64,000 bases of DNA from a virus (IMGVR_UViG_2595698755_000001:1-64000); one strand, 5' to 3'. Positions 38,339-48,915 are shown, counted from the first letter of the stretch. Translations and numbers: made by a program. Notes: generated by a model not told the origin, from the letters alone.

Positions 38339-39511
38339 ATGTCATTTTTAAATAAAATCAAACCAAACAAACCAGTAGCAAGCTTAGAAGGGTATTTCAT
38401 GACATTGCTTGGAAAGTCTAAATTCGGTAAAACAACTTGGATTATGGACGTTGTACGTGAGCATTATGATGGAGATATGAGTAAAGCATTATTACTTGCT
38501 ACTGAGATTGGTTATAAGACAATGGATGGAGTATACGCACTTCCAATTACTGGATTCGAGTGGGCAGACGATGAGGATAATGAAGAAGAAAAAGGTTTCA
38601 TCGAAACTGTTGATGAGTTAATCGAAAACAAAAAAGATGTACCATTCCGATTTATCATCATTGATACAATCACTGCATTAGAGCGTTATGCAATTGCCTA
38701 CACAGTACGTAAAGCTAACAGAGATGACCAACCACAGAAACGTTACACAGACATTTCTGATATCCCTTGGGGTAAAGGTTACAATCTTGTAGCAGAACAC
38801 ATCTATGAGCAAATTGACCGCCTTAAAAAAGCTGGATTTGGCGTACTAGTGATTGGACATGAGAAAACTAAGAGCACAACAACAAAAGATGAGTTTACAT
38901 ATGATTACACAGGATTAAACGTATTAACTAAAACATCTGATATCATTGAGCGTGAGAGTGATTTCATCATCTATGGTGATTTAATGACTATCGAAGGTGA
39001 AGATGGTAAGCCAGTGGAAAGTCGTATGTTACGATTCCGTAGCGATGGCAACTTCTTAGCAGGATGTCGTTTCCGTCACTTCCCAGATGCATTAAGTAAT
39101 GACCCTGCTGAGTTTTTACAAGCGTTTAAGGAAGCAGTCGAAAAATCTTCTATGCGCCCTAAAAAGGTCGAGAAGGTAAAAGACATGAATCCTGCCGATG
39201 AGGAAACAGCAGAACTTGTTGAGAAGATGAAAGAGAATCAAGAAAAGGTTGAAAAAGCCAAAGCTAAACAAGTTGAGCAAGAAGCCGAAGCTGAGAAATC
39301 AGCAGTAGAAACAAAAGAAGAAGCAGTCGTAGTAGATAAGATTGTTGAACTTAAAGACGAAATCATGAGTGAAGTTACAAGTCTTGACAATGAAACTCGT
39401 GAAAAAGTTAAAGATGCATTCCTAAAAGTATTCGGAACTCCAGACTTCCGTAAGTCAGATGACCGAGAAAAATTAGAACGTGCATTAGCATACGTAAAAT
39501 CACTAGCTTAA
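38339..39511 (+). CDS. AAA_24 / Sak4-like ATPase (SPbeta YorG-like)
   Basis: Walker A GKSKFGKTT, Walker B IIIDT, DIPWGKGY, IGHEK. Confidence 0.8.
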   Translation: MSFLNKIKPNKPVASLEGYFMTLLGKSKFGKTTWIMDVVREHYDGDMSKALLLATEIGYKTMDGVYALPITGFEWADDEDNEEEKGFIETVDELIENKKDVPFRFIIIDTITALERYAIAYTVRKANRDDQPQKRYTDISDIPWGKGYNLVAEHIYEQIDRLKKAGFGVLVIGHEKTKSTTTKDEFTYDYTGLNVLTKTSDIIERESDFIIYGDLMTIEGEDGKPVESRMLRFRSDGNFLAGCRFRHFPDALSNDPAEFLQAFKEAVEKSSMRPKKVEKVKDMNPADEETAELVEKMKENQEKVEKAKAKQVEQEAEAEKSAVETKEEAVVVDKIVELKDEIMSEVTSLDNETREKVKDAFLKVFGTPDFRKSDDREKLERALAYVKSLA

Positions 39512-39587
39512 TACATAAAGGAGAATTTGGTAGGTTAATAGTTTAGCCTACCAAATCTCGTAATAAGGCTAAACTAGGAGGAACAAA

Positions 39588-40331
39588 ATGAATAAAAAAT
39601 TTATTATAAGTGGAGTGATGACAGTCAATTTAATGCTGACAATAGGCGTTGGTGCTTATTCTTACAGCACAATTGACAGAAAGAATGCGGAAATCAGTGA
39701 TAATAAGAAAATTATCAAGAAAATTAATGATGACAATGCTGATAAAGACAACCGTATTAAGGACATTCAATCAAAGTTGAATGAACTAGACAACAAAATT
39801 AAAGAATCAGAGAAAGTAAGTGCTGAAAAAGATACTACTATCAATGAGCAGTCCAAGAAATTAGAAGAACAACATTCACAGATTGAAACATATCAAACGA
39901 AGGTTGAGCAGTTGGAGAAAGAATTAAATTTTAAGAAACAAAAGAAAGGAAGTGATGTGAAAAAGAAAATTAATAATGAACAACCTAAACCAGAAGTCAA
40001 AGAACAAAAACAAAGTGGTAGAACTATCACAGTAGAAGCTACAGCTTATACAAACCACCCGTCAGAGAATGGCACATACGGTGGGAAAGTGGTCACTAGA
40101 ACAGGATTAGATATCTCTAGTAACATCACTTACAATGGTATGGGAATCATAGCTGTTGACCCAGATGTTATACCATTAAATTCAATTGTGCAGATTGAAG
40201 GAATGGGTACATATATTGCTTTAGATACTGGAAGTGCGATTCAAGGTAATAGGATTGATATCTTGATGGCAGATAGTAACCAGACATACAACTGGGGCAG
40301 AAGAAATGTCAGTGTGACAATTATAAACTAA
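39588..40331 (+). CDS. Membrane-anchored coiled-coil protein with 3D domain
   Basis: VEATAY, IAVDPDVIPL, ALDTGSAIQGNRIDI. Confidence 0.9.
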   Translation: MNKKFIISGVMTVNLMLTIGVGAYSYSTIDRKNAEISDNKKIIKKINDDNADKDNRIKDIQSKLNELDNKIKESEKVSAEKDTTINEQSKKLEEQHSQIETYQTKVEQLEKELNFKKQKKGSDVKKKINNEQPKPEVKEQKQSGRTITVEATAYTNHPSENGTYGGKVVTRTGLDISSNITYNGMGIIAVDPDVIPLNSIVQIEGMGTYIALDTGSAIQGNRIDILMADSNQTYNWGRRNVSVTIIN

Positions 40332-40345
40332 GGGAGAGATGTTTA

Positions 40346-40879
40346 ATGGCTATTATTATTCTTGAAGGTGCAGATTGTGTTGGAAAGACTACGTTTGCAA
40401 ATGAATTAGCTGAGAAAACAGGTTATGCAATTGTTAAAGGAAGTAGCTTTGAGATTGCTGAAAAAGGTGCAGATTCAATGTTTGCACACATGATGTCATT
40501 GTTAGACTTGAAGGATGTAATCATTGACCGATTCTTTTATTCTAATCTGGTATATGGTAAGTTGTATAACTATCCTATGATGAAACCTGACCAGTATTTA
40601 CAATTATTAAAGAAGATGAATCAAAAAGCTTTGCTGATATATCTTAATGCACCAGTATATGTATTAAAAGAGCGTATGGAGAAACGTGGAGATGACATGA
40701 TTAAGGCTGACGATTTACGTCCAATTAAGGAGAACTATCGTGATGTACTACATGGATTAGGAACACCTAAAATGCTTTTACAATTACGAACAGACGAATC
40801 AAATGTTAAAATTTCAACATCAATGGTAGCAGAATTTGTAAAGTTACAAGAGACAGCTATTCATATACATAACAACTAA
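40346..40879 (+). CDS. Nucleoside monophosphate (thymidylate-like) kinase
   Basis: EGADCVGKTT P-loop; IIDRF. Confidence 0.8.
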   Translation: MAIIILEGADCVGKTTFANELAEKTGYAIVKGSSFEIAEKGADSMFAHMMSLLDLKDVIIDRFFYSNLVYGKLYNYPMMKPDQYLQLLKKMNQKALLIYLNAPVYVLKERMEKRGDDMIKADDLRPIKENYRDVLHGLGTPKMLLQLRTDESNVKISTSMVAEFVKLQETAIHIHNN

Positions 40880-40986
40880 CATAGAAGACTACTCGAAAGA
40901 GTGGTCTTTAACTATAAAAATATTAAAAAAGTATTTGACAATAGTAAAAAATAATGATATACTGTTTATCGAAGGGAGTTGTTAGA

Positions 40987-41577
40987 ATGGCAAAGAAGAC
41001 AAGAAAATGCATGAGATGTAAGATTGATGATACGTTAATGGAAGAAATGGAATTTGAGGTAGTAGGAGAAAAAAGACCTCTTAAAAAATTCTATCACAAA
41101 GCATGTTATAAAGAACATTTAGCAGAAAAACAATTCAAGGTAGAAGAAGCTGAGAAGCTTGATAAGCTAGTACATAAGATACAAGAGATTTATGGTGTTT
41201 CATCTTTACCAAATCAAGCGTATCCATTCTTGCAGAAATTAAGAAATGGTGAGCCTGTTTATGGTAAGCAACAAGTAACAAAGCGGTATAAGGAAGGTTA
41301 TGATTATCTTCTTATTGAAGAGACATTTGACTATTGTAGTTCAACAATTGAATACTACAATAGTGTAAAGAATTTTGATGGTTTTATGTCTGCATTTAGA
41401 TATGCTTTATCAATTATTATTGATAAGATTTATCTAGTAGAACAAAGAGTTAAATCACGTGAACGTGCAGAAATTGTCGCAGAAAAACATATGGCACAAG
41501 TGGAGCAAGAAGAATCATATTCTTCTAACTACAAAAAACCAACAAAAACAAATGACATAACAGATTTCTTAGACTGA
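40987..41577 (+). CDS. Putative helicase loader / replication protein (YorH-like position)
   Basis: CMRC...YHKAC zinc motif; ends DITDFLD; directly upstream of the helicase. Confidence 0.55.
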   Translation: MAKKTRKCMRCKIDDTLMEEMEFEVVGEKRPLKKFYHKACYKEHLAEKQFKVEEAEKLDKLVHKIQEIYGVSSLPNQAYPFLQKLRNGEPVYGKQQVTKRYKEGYDYLLIEETFDYCSSTIEYYNSVKNFDGFMSAFRYALSIIIDKIYLVEQRVKSRERAEIVAEKHMAQVEQEESYSSNYKKPTKTNDITDFLD

Positions 41578-41595
41578 TAAAGGGAGATTGATATA

Positions 41596-43128
41596 ATGGC
41601 AAAAGAAACAACTCAAGAAACGGTTGGACAAATTGTAGAGAAGATTAACAAAGGTGCTGAGATTAATGAGGCATACTTTGTTGGTCTGTTATGGAGTGAC
41701 CCATTTAACAATTTTGCGGAATATAACGATGGGTTATCCGAAGATGAATTTATTCATGACCAATGGGGATTCTTCTTTGAATTAGGAAGACGAATGTATG
41801 ATGAGGGCATTAAAACGTTTGATACAATCACTGTACATACAAAGGTCAAGGAATGGAATGTGGAAGCTAATTTCAATGAATATGGTGGGTTAAACACTGT
41901 AGATGATGCAGTAGAGATTGTAAAAGAACATTCAGATAACATTGATTACTACTATGAAACAATCAAACGGAACTATACTCTTAGACAGTTGTATTTACTG
42001 TTTGGAGACAAGATTTTCCTTAAAAAAGGTAGATATGATTTCGAGAAGATGACACGTGAACAACTGTCAATCTACTGGAATGATAAGGTGAATCAGATTT
42101 CACTTAGCAACGTTAACCGATATGAAGCAGAGGACTTATACATTGAAGCAGATGAGTTTATTAGAAAGTTAAAAGAAGAATCAGCAGAGATGCTACCATT
42201 CTATAATGGTAAACAAATGAACTCAATCACTCAAGGTGTAGCACGAGGACACGTTTATATGTGGGGTGGATTTGGTGGTACAGGGAAGTCTTCAATTACT
42301 GCTGAGAAGGTTGTAATGAGTTGTATCGCCAACAATGAGAAAGCAATCGTTGTACTAAATGAGGAAGATGCACAACAATTCCGTCAAAAGATTGTATTAA
42401 CTATCTTATGGGTTGAGTACAAGATGGTCTTAGATAGAAAACGTCTAGTAAATGGTGATTTAACTGATGAAGATGAAGAAAAGATTCATAAAGCATTTGC
42501 AAAGATGAAGGAAATGTTGAATGGAGAAAATGCCTTAATCAAGGTAATCTTCATGGAAAAATATGTAATTAAAGACCTTGAGAAGATTGTAAGATTCTGG
42601 GCTAATCGTGGTTACATTAACCTTATCATCGACACTCACAAGGTTTCTGAGGAATCAGAGCATGATACACGTTGGGTTACATTCGTAGAGGATATGAAGA
42701 CTATCTACCGCCTTACACGTAAGAATGCAGGTGGAATGAACTTGCGTACATGGGTAACCTTCCAGTTAGCCGACAGTGCGTTAAGAAACCGCTTCTTAGA
42801 CTATGATGCAATCGGTGAAGGTAAAGCTTCTAAGAACGAAGCATCTGTAGTGCAAATGTTTAGACCTGCATGGGGTGATGAGTACAAGGACGGTAAGAAA
42901 GAGTTGAAATGTTGGAGATGGAAAAAGATGCCAGATGGTAAAATAGGGAAGGACTATTTCTTCTTAGAAGAGGGGAAAACTTACTACCTTATGTTTACAG
43001 CTAAAAATCGTTTCGGTCAAGCAAATGACACAGGATTACCAGTATTAGTCATCGAACCTCATTTCCATACAAATACATTCCCAGAAATTGGTTGGTGCTT
43101 TGTATCGAATGAGAAATCTGGAAGATAG
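41596..43128 (+). CDS. DnaB-like replicative helicase
   Basis: GGFGGTGKS, LNEE, IIDT, FQL, KNRFG. Confidence 0.85.
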   Translation: MAKETTQETVGQIVEKINKGAEINEAYFVGLLWSDPFNNFAEYNDGLSEDEFIHDQWGFFFELGRRMYDEGIKTFDTITVHTKVKEWNVEANFNEYGGLNTVDDAVEIVKEHSDNIDYYYETIKRNYTLRQLYLLFGDKIFLKKGRYDFEKMTREQLSIYWNDKVNQISLSNVNRYEAEDLYIEADEFIRKLKEESAEMLPFYNGKQMNSITQGVARGHVYMWGGFGGTGKSSITAEKVVMSCIANNEKAIVVLNEEDAQQFRQKIVLTILWVEYKMVLDRKRLVNGDLTDEDEEKIHKAFAKMKEMLNGENALIKVIFMEKYVIKDLEKIVRFWANRGYINLIIDTHKVSEESEHDTRWVTFVEDMKTIYRLTRKNAGGMNLRTWVTFQLADSALRNRFLDYDAIGEGKASKNEASVVQMFRPAWGDEYKDGKKELKCWRWKKMPDGKIGKDYFFLEEGKTYYLMFTAKNRFGQANDTGLPVLVIEPHFHTNTFPEIGWCFVSNEKSGR

Positions 43129-43195
43129 TTGTTGACATACATAAAAAATAATGATATAATAACATTATAATAACTTGGCATTAGAGGTGGTTATA

Positions 43196-44260
43196 ATGTC
43201 CGATTTTAACGATTTGAAAGAAATCAAGAAAAGGATATTAAGAGAAGATAAGATTGAAGCAGTATTGGAAGCATTAGAGTGTGAGAATATACATACTGAA
43301 CAACGTGGCAATCTTTATTGTGCGAGGTTGCCAGAACATCACCACTCTAATAATCCAAGAGCAGTACAGGCAAAAGCAGATGAAAATATCTCCTGCTCCA
43401 TAAGAAACAGAGGATTCAGTGGAGATATTTTCAATCTAGTGTCATACTTGGCACATGACAAGCGTAATGATGAAGTACAAGGTGACTTATCCCAAGCCAA
43501 ACGATTCATATGTGAACTCTTTGGATGGGATGAATACCTTAATGGTGTAGCAAGAAAGAGAAAGGATTATACAGCCTGTCTCAAGGACATCATGAAGAAA
43601 CGTAATAGAAAAGTTGAAATAAAACCAAACCCTGTAATACCAGAATCAACTCTGGACGATTACTATTACTGGGGCAAACCTTTGCCATATTATGACTGGG
43701 TCTTGGAAGGAATTAGTCATGAGACTCAAATCATGTATGGTATCGGTTATGATGCTTTATCTCATCGAGTAACGATTCCTCTACGAAATAGATTTGGTCA
43801 ACTCGTAGGAGTTAAAGGTCGAATCATGGTAGATGAAGAAGATGAGAGAAAATACATTTACCTATGTAGATGTCAGAACAGCATGGAATGGTTTAATTTT
43901 CACTACGCTCATCCATATATTTTGATGGAGAGAAAGGTATACATAGTTGAGTCAGAGAAAAGTTGTATGAAACTTTTTGATAAGGGTATCTATAACAGTC
44001 TAGCAATTGGAGCATCTGAAATATCAGAAGCACAGGCTCATATAGTTAAACAACTAGGACTAGATATTGAGATTGTCTTATGTTACGACAAAGGCATCGC
44101 AATAGAGGATATTAAAAAGAATGCAAACTTGTTTGAAGGTCGTAAAGTTTCTGCAATGTTCGATACTGATGATTTATTGGATGACAAGGATGCACCAATC
44201 GACAAAGGTATCGAGATTTGGAGAAAACTAGAGTCAGAGTATGTATTCGAAATTGATTAA
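43196..44260 (+). CDS. DNA primase (TOPRIM)
   Basis: RVTIPLRNRFGQLVGVKGR; IVESEKS; LCYDKG. Confidence 0.85.
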   Translation: MSDFNDLKEIKKRILREDKIEAVLEALECENIHTEQRGNLYCARLPEHHHSNNPRAVQAKADENISCSIRNRGFSGDIFNLVSYLAHDKRNDEVQGDLSQAKRFICELFGWDEYLNGVARKRKDYTACLKDIMKKRNRKVEIKPNPVIPESTLDDYYYWGKPLPYYDWVLEGISHETQIMYGIGYDALSHRVTIPLRNRFGQLVGVKGRIMVDEEDERKYIYLCRCQNSMEWFNFHYAHPYILMERKVYIVESEKSCMKLFDKGIYNSLAIGASEISEAQAHIVKQLGLDIEIVLCYDKGIAIEDIKKNANLFEGRKVSAMFDTDDLLDDKDAPIDKGIEIWRKLESEYVFEID

Positions 44261-44362
44261 AAAAAGTTAAAAAACATAAGAAACTTTGTTGACAAGCACT
44301 AAAATTAATGATATAATAATAGTACAAGGTTGAGAGAAACCTAAACATAAAAACATAAAAAG

Positions 44363-44929
44363 GTGGATGATATTATGGTAGAAAACATGAATATGACAGC
44401 AACTCAAACGGAGTTAAATGCAAAGCCTTTCCAAGTAGATTACAAAGAGAATTTAGCAGTAGCTTTCAAGATGCTTGAAGAAGTTGAAATGAGTCTTGAT
44501 AAAGATATACATAACGAGTTAATTAAAGAGTTAAGTAGAATGGACAGAGGGATTTCAGATGTGAAACACATCATGGAGTTTTACCGATTCAATGCACATG
44601 AAGGTTATACACTTTCAAAAATGATGCAAGAATTATGTCAAGCAAGACGAGAAATCAAAGAAAGAATTGATGAAAGAAATCGCATGATGACATTCATTAA
44701 TACATACAGAAAATTGTTTAAGCAACCACTTAAACATCAACTAGGTCAGCAAGAAGGTCGTCAAAGAGCGTTAGACAGCCAGAAATACGAGTTAAGAGAA
44801 ATGAAACATCTTAACGGATACTTAAAAGCTATTGAAGAACAAAAAGCTAAATTGAAAGTACAGCAAGAAGAAGAAGCATTTCTTGCATACCAACAGGAAG
44901 TAGAATACGTGAGTTTAGCCCAAGCATAA
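44363..44929 (+). CDS. Hypothetical coiled-coil protein
   Basis: ORF with class II promoter at 44289. Confidence 0.7.
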   Translation: MDDIMVENMNMTATQTELNAKPFQVDYKENLAVAFKMLEEVEMSLDKDIHNELIKELSRMDRGISDVKHIMEFYRFNAHEGYTLSKMMQELCQARREIKERIDERNRMMTFINTYRKLFKQPLKHQLGQQEGRQRALDSQKYELREMKHLNGYLKAIEEQKAKLKVQQEEEAFLAYQQEVEYVSLAQA

Positions 44930-45043
44930 ACGGGCATAGGCAAACGCCAATTTTCGATATAATTCATCACTCTTAATGATGATTATTATATAATAAAGTA
45001 AAGACAAAAACAAAAAATAATAATTTATTGGAGGAATTTCATT

Positions 45044-45286
45044 ATGAAAACAAACAAAAACATTCTTAAAGGCAACCGATTCCACGAACCAAAGGCAGTT
45101 AACAAATTCAACTTTTATGCAGTGGTTGAGTTAACTAGCAAGGACAAAGCAGGTAATACGATTAAGAAGGATGTATTGGTGACTACTGAGAATCCGACAA
45201 CACGAATCCAAGCAGAGAAAGAATTAACTCTGGAAGCGAAGAAAATGGGCGGTAAAATAACATACTTCGGTGGATTCAAAAAATAA
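45044..45286 (+). CDS. Hypothetical protein
   Basis: GGAGG SD; followed by hairpin 45288-45310. Confidence 0.65.
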   Translation: MKTNKNILKGNRFHEPKAVNKFNFYAVVELTSKDKAGNTIKKDVLVTTENPTTRIQAEKELTLEAKKMGGKITYFGGFKK

Positions 45287-45352
45287 TAGGCTAAGAGTTT
45301 CTTAGCCTTTCTTATTAAACACAAACATAAAAAATAATTATATAAAGGGGAA

Positions 45353-45754
45353 ATGAACATGAACAAACAACAATTACTAGATAACGTGAGAACTATGATT
45401 AAAGGATTAGCAGTTATAGATATGCATAAGAAAAGTGATTTCATCGGTGAAGAGTTAGTAAGATTTGGAGTTTCTAAAGCTGATTTAGATTTAATTCTTG
45501 ACCATGTAAATAAAGAATTTGAAGGATTCGGATTAGAAACAATGATTCTTCAAGAAGCAACTACAGATTACTTGCAATCAGTTACTACTATCTTGCGACA
45601 TATCAAAATGGCAGAAGGATATGAAGCAATGGGTGACATTAATACTAATATTACAGAAGAAGATTTTCATCTAGAAGATGAGGTTTCAAAGGGAGAGATT
45701 GTGAATGGTAAAGTGGATTCAACGGAAAGCGAAGGTAGCAATAAAGAAGCGTGA
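45353..45754 (+). CDS. MazE/EndoAI-like antitoxin homolog
   Basis: MAEGYEAMGDINTNITEE..HLEDE resembles Bacillus EndoAI MRRGYMEMAKINLNISSEAHFAECE (recalled). Confidence 0.6.
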   Translation: MNMNKQQLLDNVRTMIKGLAVIDMHKKSDFIGEELVRFGVSKADLDLILDHVNKEFEGFGLETMILQEATTDYLQSVTTILRHIKMAEGYEAMGDINTNITEEDFHLEDEVSKGEIVNGKVDSTESEGSNKEA

Positions 45755-47393
45755 TGAGGTCGAAGATAAGATTGCAAAAATTAGAGGGATTAAAGACTTA
45801 GATGAGTTTCTTAATCCCTCTGCTGATGTGCTTCATGACCCGTATTTAATGAAGAACATTGATGAAGCTAGTAATAGAATCATATTAGCATTGTCACAGC
45901 AAAAGAACATTTGTGTATCGTTTGACCCAGATGCAGATGGATTAACTTCTGCATCAACTATGATTAGATATCTACGAAACTATACTGATAAAGTTACATT
46001 TATCTATGGTGAGCGTAATGATGGTCATGGTATTAATGAAATGATTGAACTGGATACAGATGATGAGAAACGATTGGCACGTAATACTGAGAATCTAGAA
46101 CTAATCAAATCATGTGACCTATTAATCTTAATCGACTCATCTTCAAATGATACTAAGGCGTGTAAGTATATTTCAGAAGAACTAGGCAAAGAAATTATTA
46201 TCCTAGACCACCATGAAATTGAACGTCCAAATCCACATGTATTACTTGTAAATCCTCAACAAAAGGGATGTAACTATCCAAACAAATTCTTATCTGGTGC
46301 AGGTGTTGTGTTAAAGGTAATGCAAGTAATGGAAGACACACTTGACCAAGTAGACCCATTTAATTACATTGACCTCATCGCTGTAGGAATGTATGCGGAT
46401 ATTATGCGAATTGATATTCCAGAGAACCGTTATATTATACTACAAGGATTAAGAAATGTTAAAACTATGGGACTAACACGAATTTTAAAAGGTGCAAAGA
46501 TTGATAACTGGAATTTAGATTGTAATGCTATTGGTTTCGGTATCGCACCATTGTTGAACGGTACAGCACGTATGGATGAGTTGCGATTGGCAATTGATTT
46601 ATTGTTGGAAGATGATGACAATAAATGTAAACCATTACGATTAAAGATGCAGAAGCTAAATGAAAAACGTAAAGAGATTCAGAAAGATTTATTTGAATCG
46701 TATTCTAAAAAAGTAAATCTTGATGAGAAACTATTAGTTGTGTTAGATGACAAATCATCAAAAGGATTCAATGGTGTAGTAGCACAACAATTATCTGACA
46801 CGTTTAAAAGACCTGTAATCGTAGGACGTAACCATAAAGGAACAATTAGTGGAAGTTTTCGTGGTTATGGTAAGATGAAGTTAAAATCCTTCTTAGGTGG
46901 ATTTAGCGATATTGCTGAAATTGAAGTGCTAGGTCATGAGGGTGCAGGTGGTATTGTTATGCCATCGGAAAATTTAGAACTGTTACAAGAATATATCAAC
47001 AAATTCTTACCAGAACTAGATGAAAAAGAACAGACTGTCATGTATGATTTAGAGTTTACACCAGAAGAAGCTATTGAGAATATCAGAGTCATTGAAAAGT
47101 TTAATAAACTTACTGGTAATGGCTTCCCTAAAATCATTGTGCGTGTTAATGGGATTACAGTTGACACTGTTGATTGTATCGGCAAAACAATGGAGACAGT
47201 GAAATTTAAAACATTCGATGAAATGGAGTTAATTAAATTCCGAGTGAATGACCAGTACGGGTCGAATGTTGGATGTTGGGACTCAATAGATGTAGTTGGT
47301 GTATTGTCTATGAATGAGTTTTACAATTTCAAACTTAAACAGAAAATATATACTCCACAAATAATGATAGAGGATTTTGTGAAGAATGAATAA
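45705..47393 (+). CDS. recJ: RecJ-like ssDNA exonuclease (DHH family, YorK-like)
   Basis: DPDADG, LID, LDHH, NP, LSGAGV, SGSFR, GH motifs. Confidence 0.88.
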   Translation: MVKWIQRKAKVAIKKRDEVEDKIAKIRGIKDLDEFLNPSADVLHDPYLMKNIDEASNRIILALSQQKNICVSFDPDADGLTSASTMIRYLRNYTDKVTFIYGERNDGHGINEMIELDTDDEKRLARNTENLELIKSCDLLILIDSSSNDTKACKYISEELGKEIIILDHHEIERPNPHVLLVNPQQKGCNYPNKFLSGAGVVLKVMQVMEDTLDQVDPFNYIDLIAVGMYADIMRIDIPENRYIILQGLRNVKTMGLTRILKGAKIDNWNLDCNAIGFGIAPLLNGTARMDELRLAIDLLLEDDDNKCKPLRLKMQKLNEKRKEIQKDLFESYSKKVNLDEKLLVVLDDKSSKGFNGVVAQQLSDTFKRPVIVGRNHKGTISGSFRGYGKMKLKSFLGGFSDIAEIEVLGHEGAGGIVMPSENLELLQEYINKFLPELDEKEQTVMYDLEFTPEEAIENIRVIEKFNKLTGNGFPKIIVRVNGITVDTVDCIGKTMETVKFKTFDEMELIKFRVNDQYGSNVGCWDSIDVVGVLSMNEFYNFKLKQKIYTPQIMIEDFVKNE

Positions 47394-47613
47394 GAGTAAT
47401 ATTTTAATGAGAAACGTTAAGATGTTACATAACAAGTTTGGTGCAAAATTACATACAGATGAACAATGGTTAATAGCCTATTGGCAACAAATTGACAGAA
47501 TAAAGATGAATGACGGAAAGTTTGAAGTGAAAGACATTTTAAATAATGCAACTTCATCTAGTGATATACTTAACACTGTCATGCTATTCAGAGTGTTAAA
47601 GCAGATGAGATAA
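47386..47613 (+). CDS. Hypothetical protein
   Basis: GAGGA SD; followed by a terminator-like hairpin. Confidence 0.55.
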   Translation: MNKSNILMRNVKMLHNKFGAKLHTDEQWLIAYWQQIDRIKMNDGKFEVKDILNNATSSSDILNTVMLFRVLKQMR

Positions 47614-47697
47614 ATTTCTTGTCTGCCTTTCTTTTTATCTGTTGACAAGCACAAAGATTAATGGTATAATTGGTTTATAGAAAGGGAGGTTGATATT

Positions 47698-48474
47698 ATG
47701 GCAAAAGAAAGTAGAGTAGTACAATTGCAAACCGATTTGTTGAACATGGGTTACACTGATTCACTTAAAGCATTGAACTGGATGATTTCAATTATGAACT
47801 CTGGTAATGGTTATAAACGTCACGATGGTCGTCACTATTATTATCATTTGGTAGATGCAACACAAGACTTAATAAATCATGGTATAACAGATGAAATAAC
47901 AATTACAGCATGTATCCTGCACGATGCAATAGAAGATGTACCATACATAACTTATGAAACTATTGAAACCTTGTTTGGTAAAGAGGTTGCAGATGTTGTC
48001 CAAGGTGTTACAAAAGACCCAGACATTGACTACAAGACAAACAAAATAGCATTAAGAAATTATCTATATGCTACTTTAGAAAATTGGCGTATGATACTTA
48101 TTAAAACAGTTGATAGAAAACACAATATGTCAACATTGAAGGATGCTTCACCAGAAAAAGAATTACGTCAAGCTAATGAGACATTAGAATACTTCATTCC
48201 ATTATTTAAAGAAGGTCGTAAGCGTTACCCAGAATTTGCAAGATTCTTCCATTCTGCTAAAACAACTCTCATGCCACAAATTATCAGCATCAAAAAGAAC
48301 CATGAGTACAGAGCGCAAGCAGAAGCGAAGATGGAAAAACAGGAAGATACAATAAGGGCTATTATGGCAATGGTTTATAAGACAGCATTAGAGAATATCG
48401 ACAATGAATCAGCAGAAACTTTAAATGAACTGTATGGCAAGTTAAGCCATATTGTCGTTGGAGATTCTAAATGA
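47698..48474 (+). CDS. HD-domain (p)ppGpp hydrolase-like protein (SpoT/Mesh1-type)
   Basis: RHDGRHYYYHL, ILHDAIED, FGKEVADVVQGVTK, IKTVDRKHNM. Confidence 0.8.
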   Translation: MAKESRVVQLQTDLLNMGYTDSLKALNWMISIMNSGNGYKRHDGRHYYYHLVDATQDLINHGITDEITITACILHDAIEDVPYITYETIETLFGKEVADVVQGVTKDPDIDYKTNKIALRNYLYATLENWRMILIKTVDRKHNMSTLKDASPEKELRQANETLEYFIPLFKEGRKRYPEFARFFHSAKTTLMPQIISIKKNHEYRAQAEAKMEKQEDTIRAIMAMVYKTALENIDNESAETLNELYGKLSHIVVGDSK

Positions 48475-48632
48475 TAGATTACATTACATACGGGTTATCA
48501 ATATTATTCTTCTTAGGAATCTGTTTTGGGATGTTATTATTCATAAAAGACATGATTTTTAGTCTTTGGCAGTTGATTGACCAAGAAAGTTACGAAAAGT
48601 GGGAAAACCGTAAAATGTCGAAACTAAAATCT

Positions 48633-48687
48633 CCTTAATAAAGGGGATTTTCGACACCCACTTTTCTTAATAAAATAGAGATTTTAT
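48633..48687. repeat. Extended junction element heading the second accessory array
   Basis: TTAATAAAGG at 48635; core ATAAAA-TAGAGA-TTTTAT at 48670-48687. Confidence 0.7.
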
Positions 48688-48696
48688 ACAGGAGGA

Positions 48697-48903
48697 ATGC
48701 TTATGCCTATACATATTATTAAAGAACTTGAACGTATTATTATTGAAGATAATCTAGACGGTACGCAAACTACTAGACTTCCTAATAATGCAGAGATGAT
48801 GGAGAAGATAAATGAAATAGTCAAACAGGTAAATTTCCTTACTAGGACTAAACCATTACCACCTATTAAACCTGTTTCTTCAAGTCCAAGGAGGTCATAC
48901 TAA
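48697..48903 (+). CDS. Hypothetical protein
   Basis: AGGAGG SD after junction site. Confidence 0.55.
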   Translation: MLMPIHIIKELERIIIEDNLDGTQTTRLPNNAEMMEKINEIVKQVNFLTRTKPLPPIKPVSSSPRRSY

Positions 48904-48915
48904 GGAGGTGATTCT

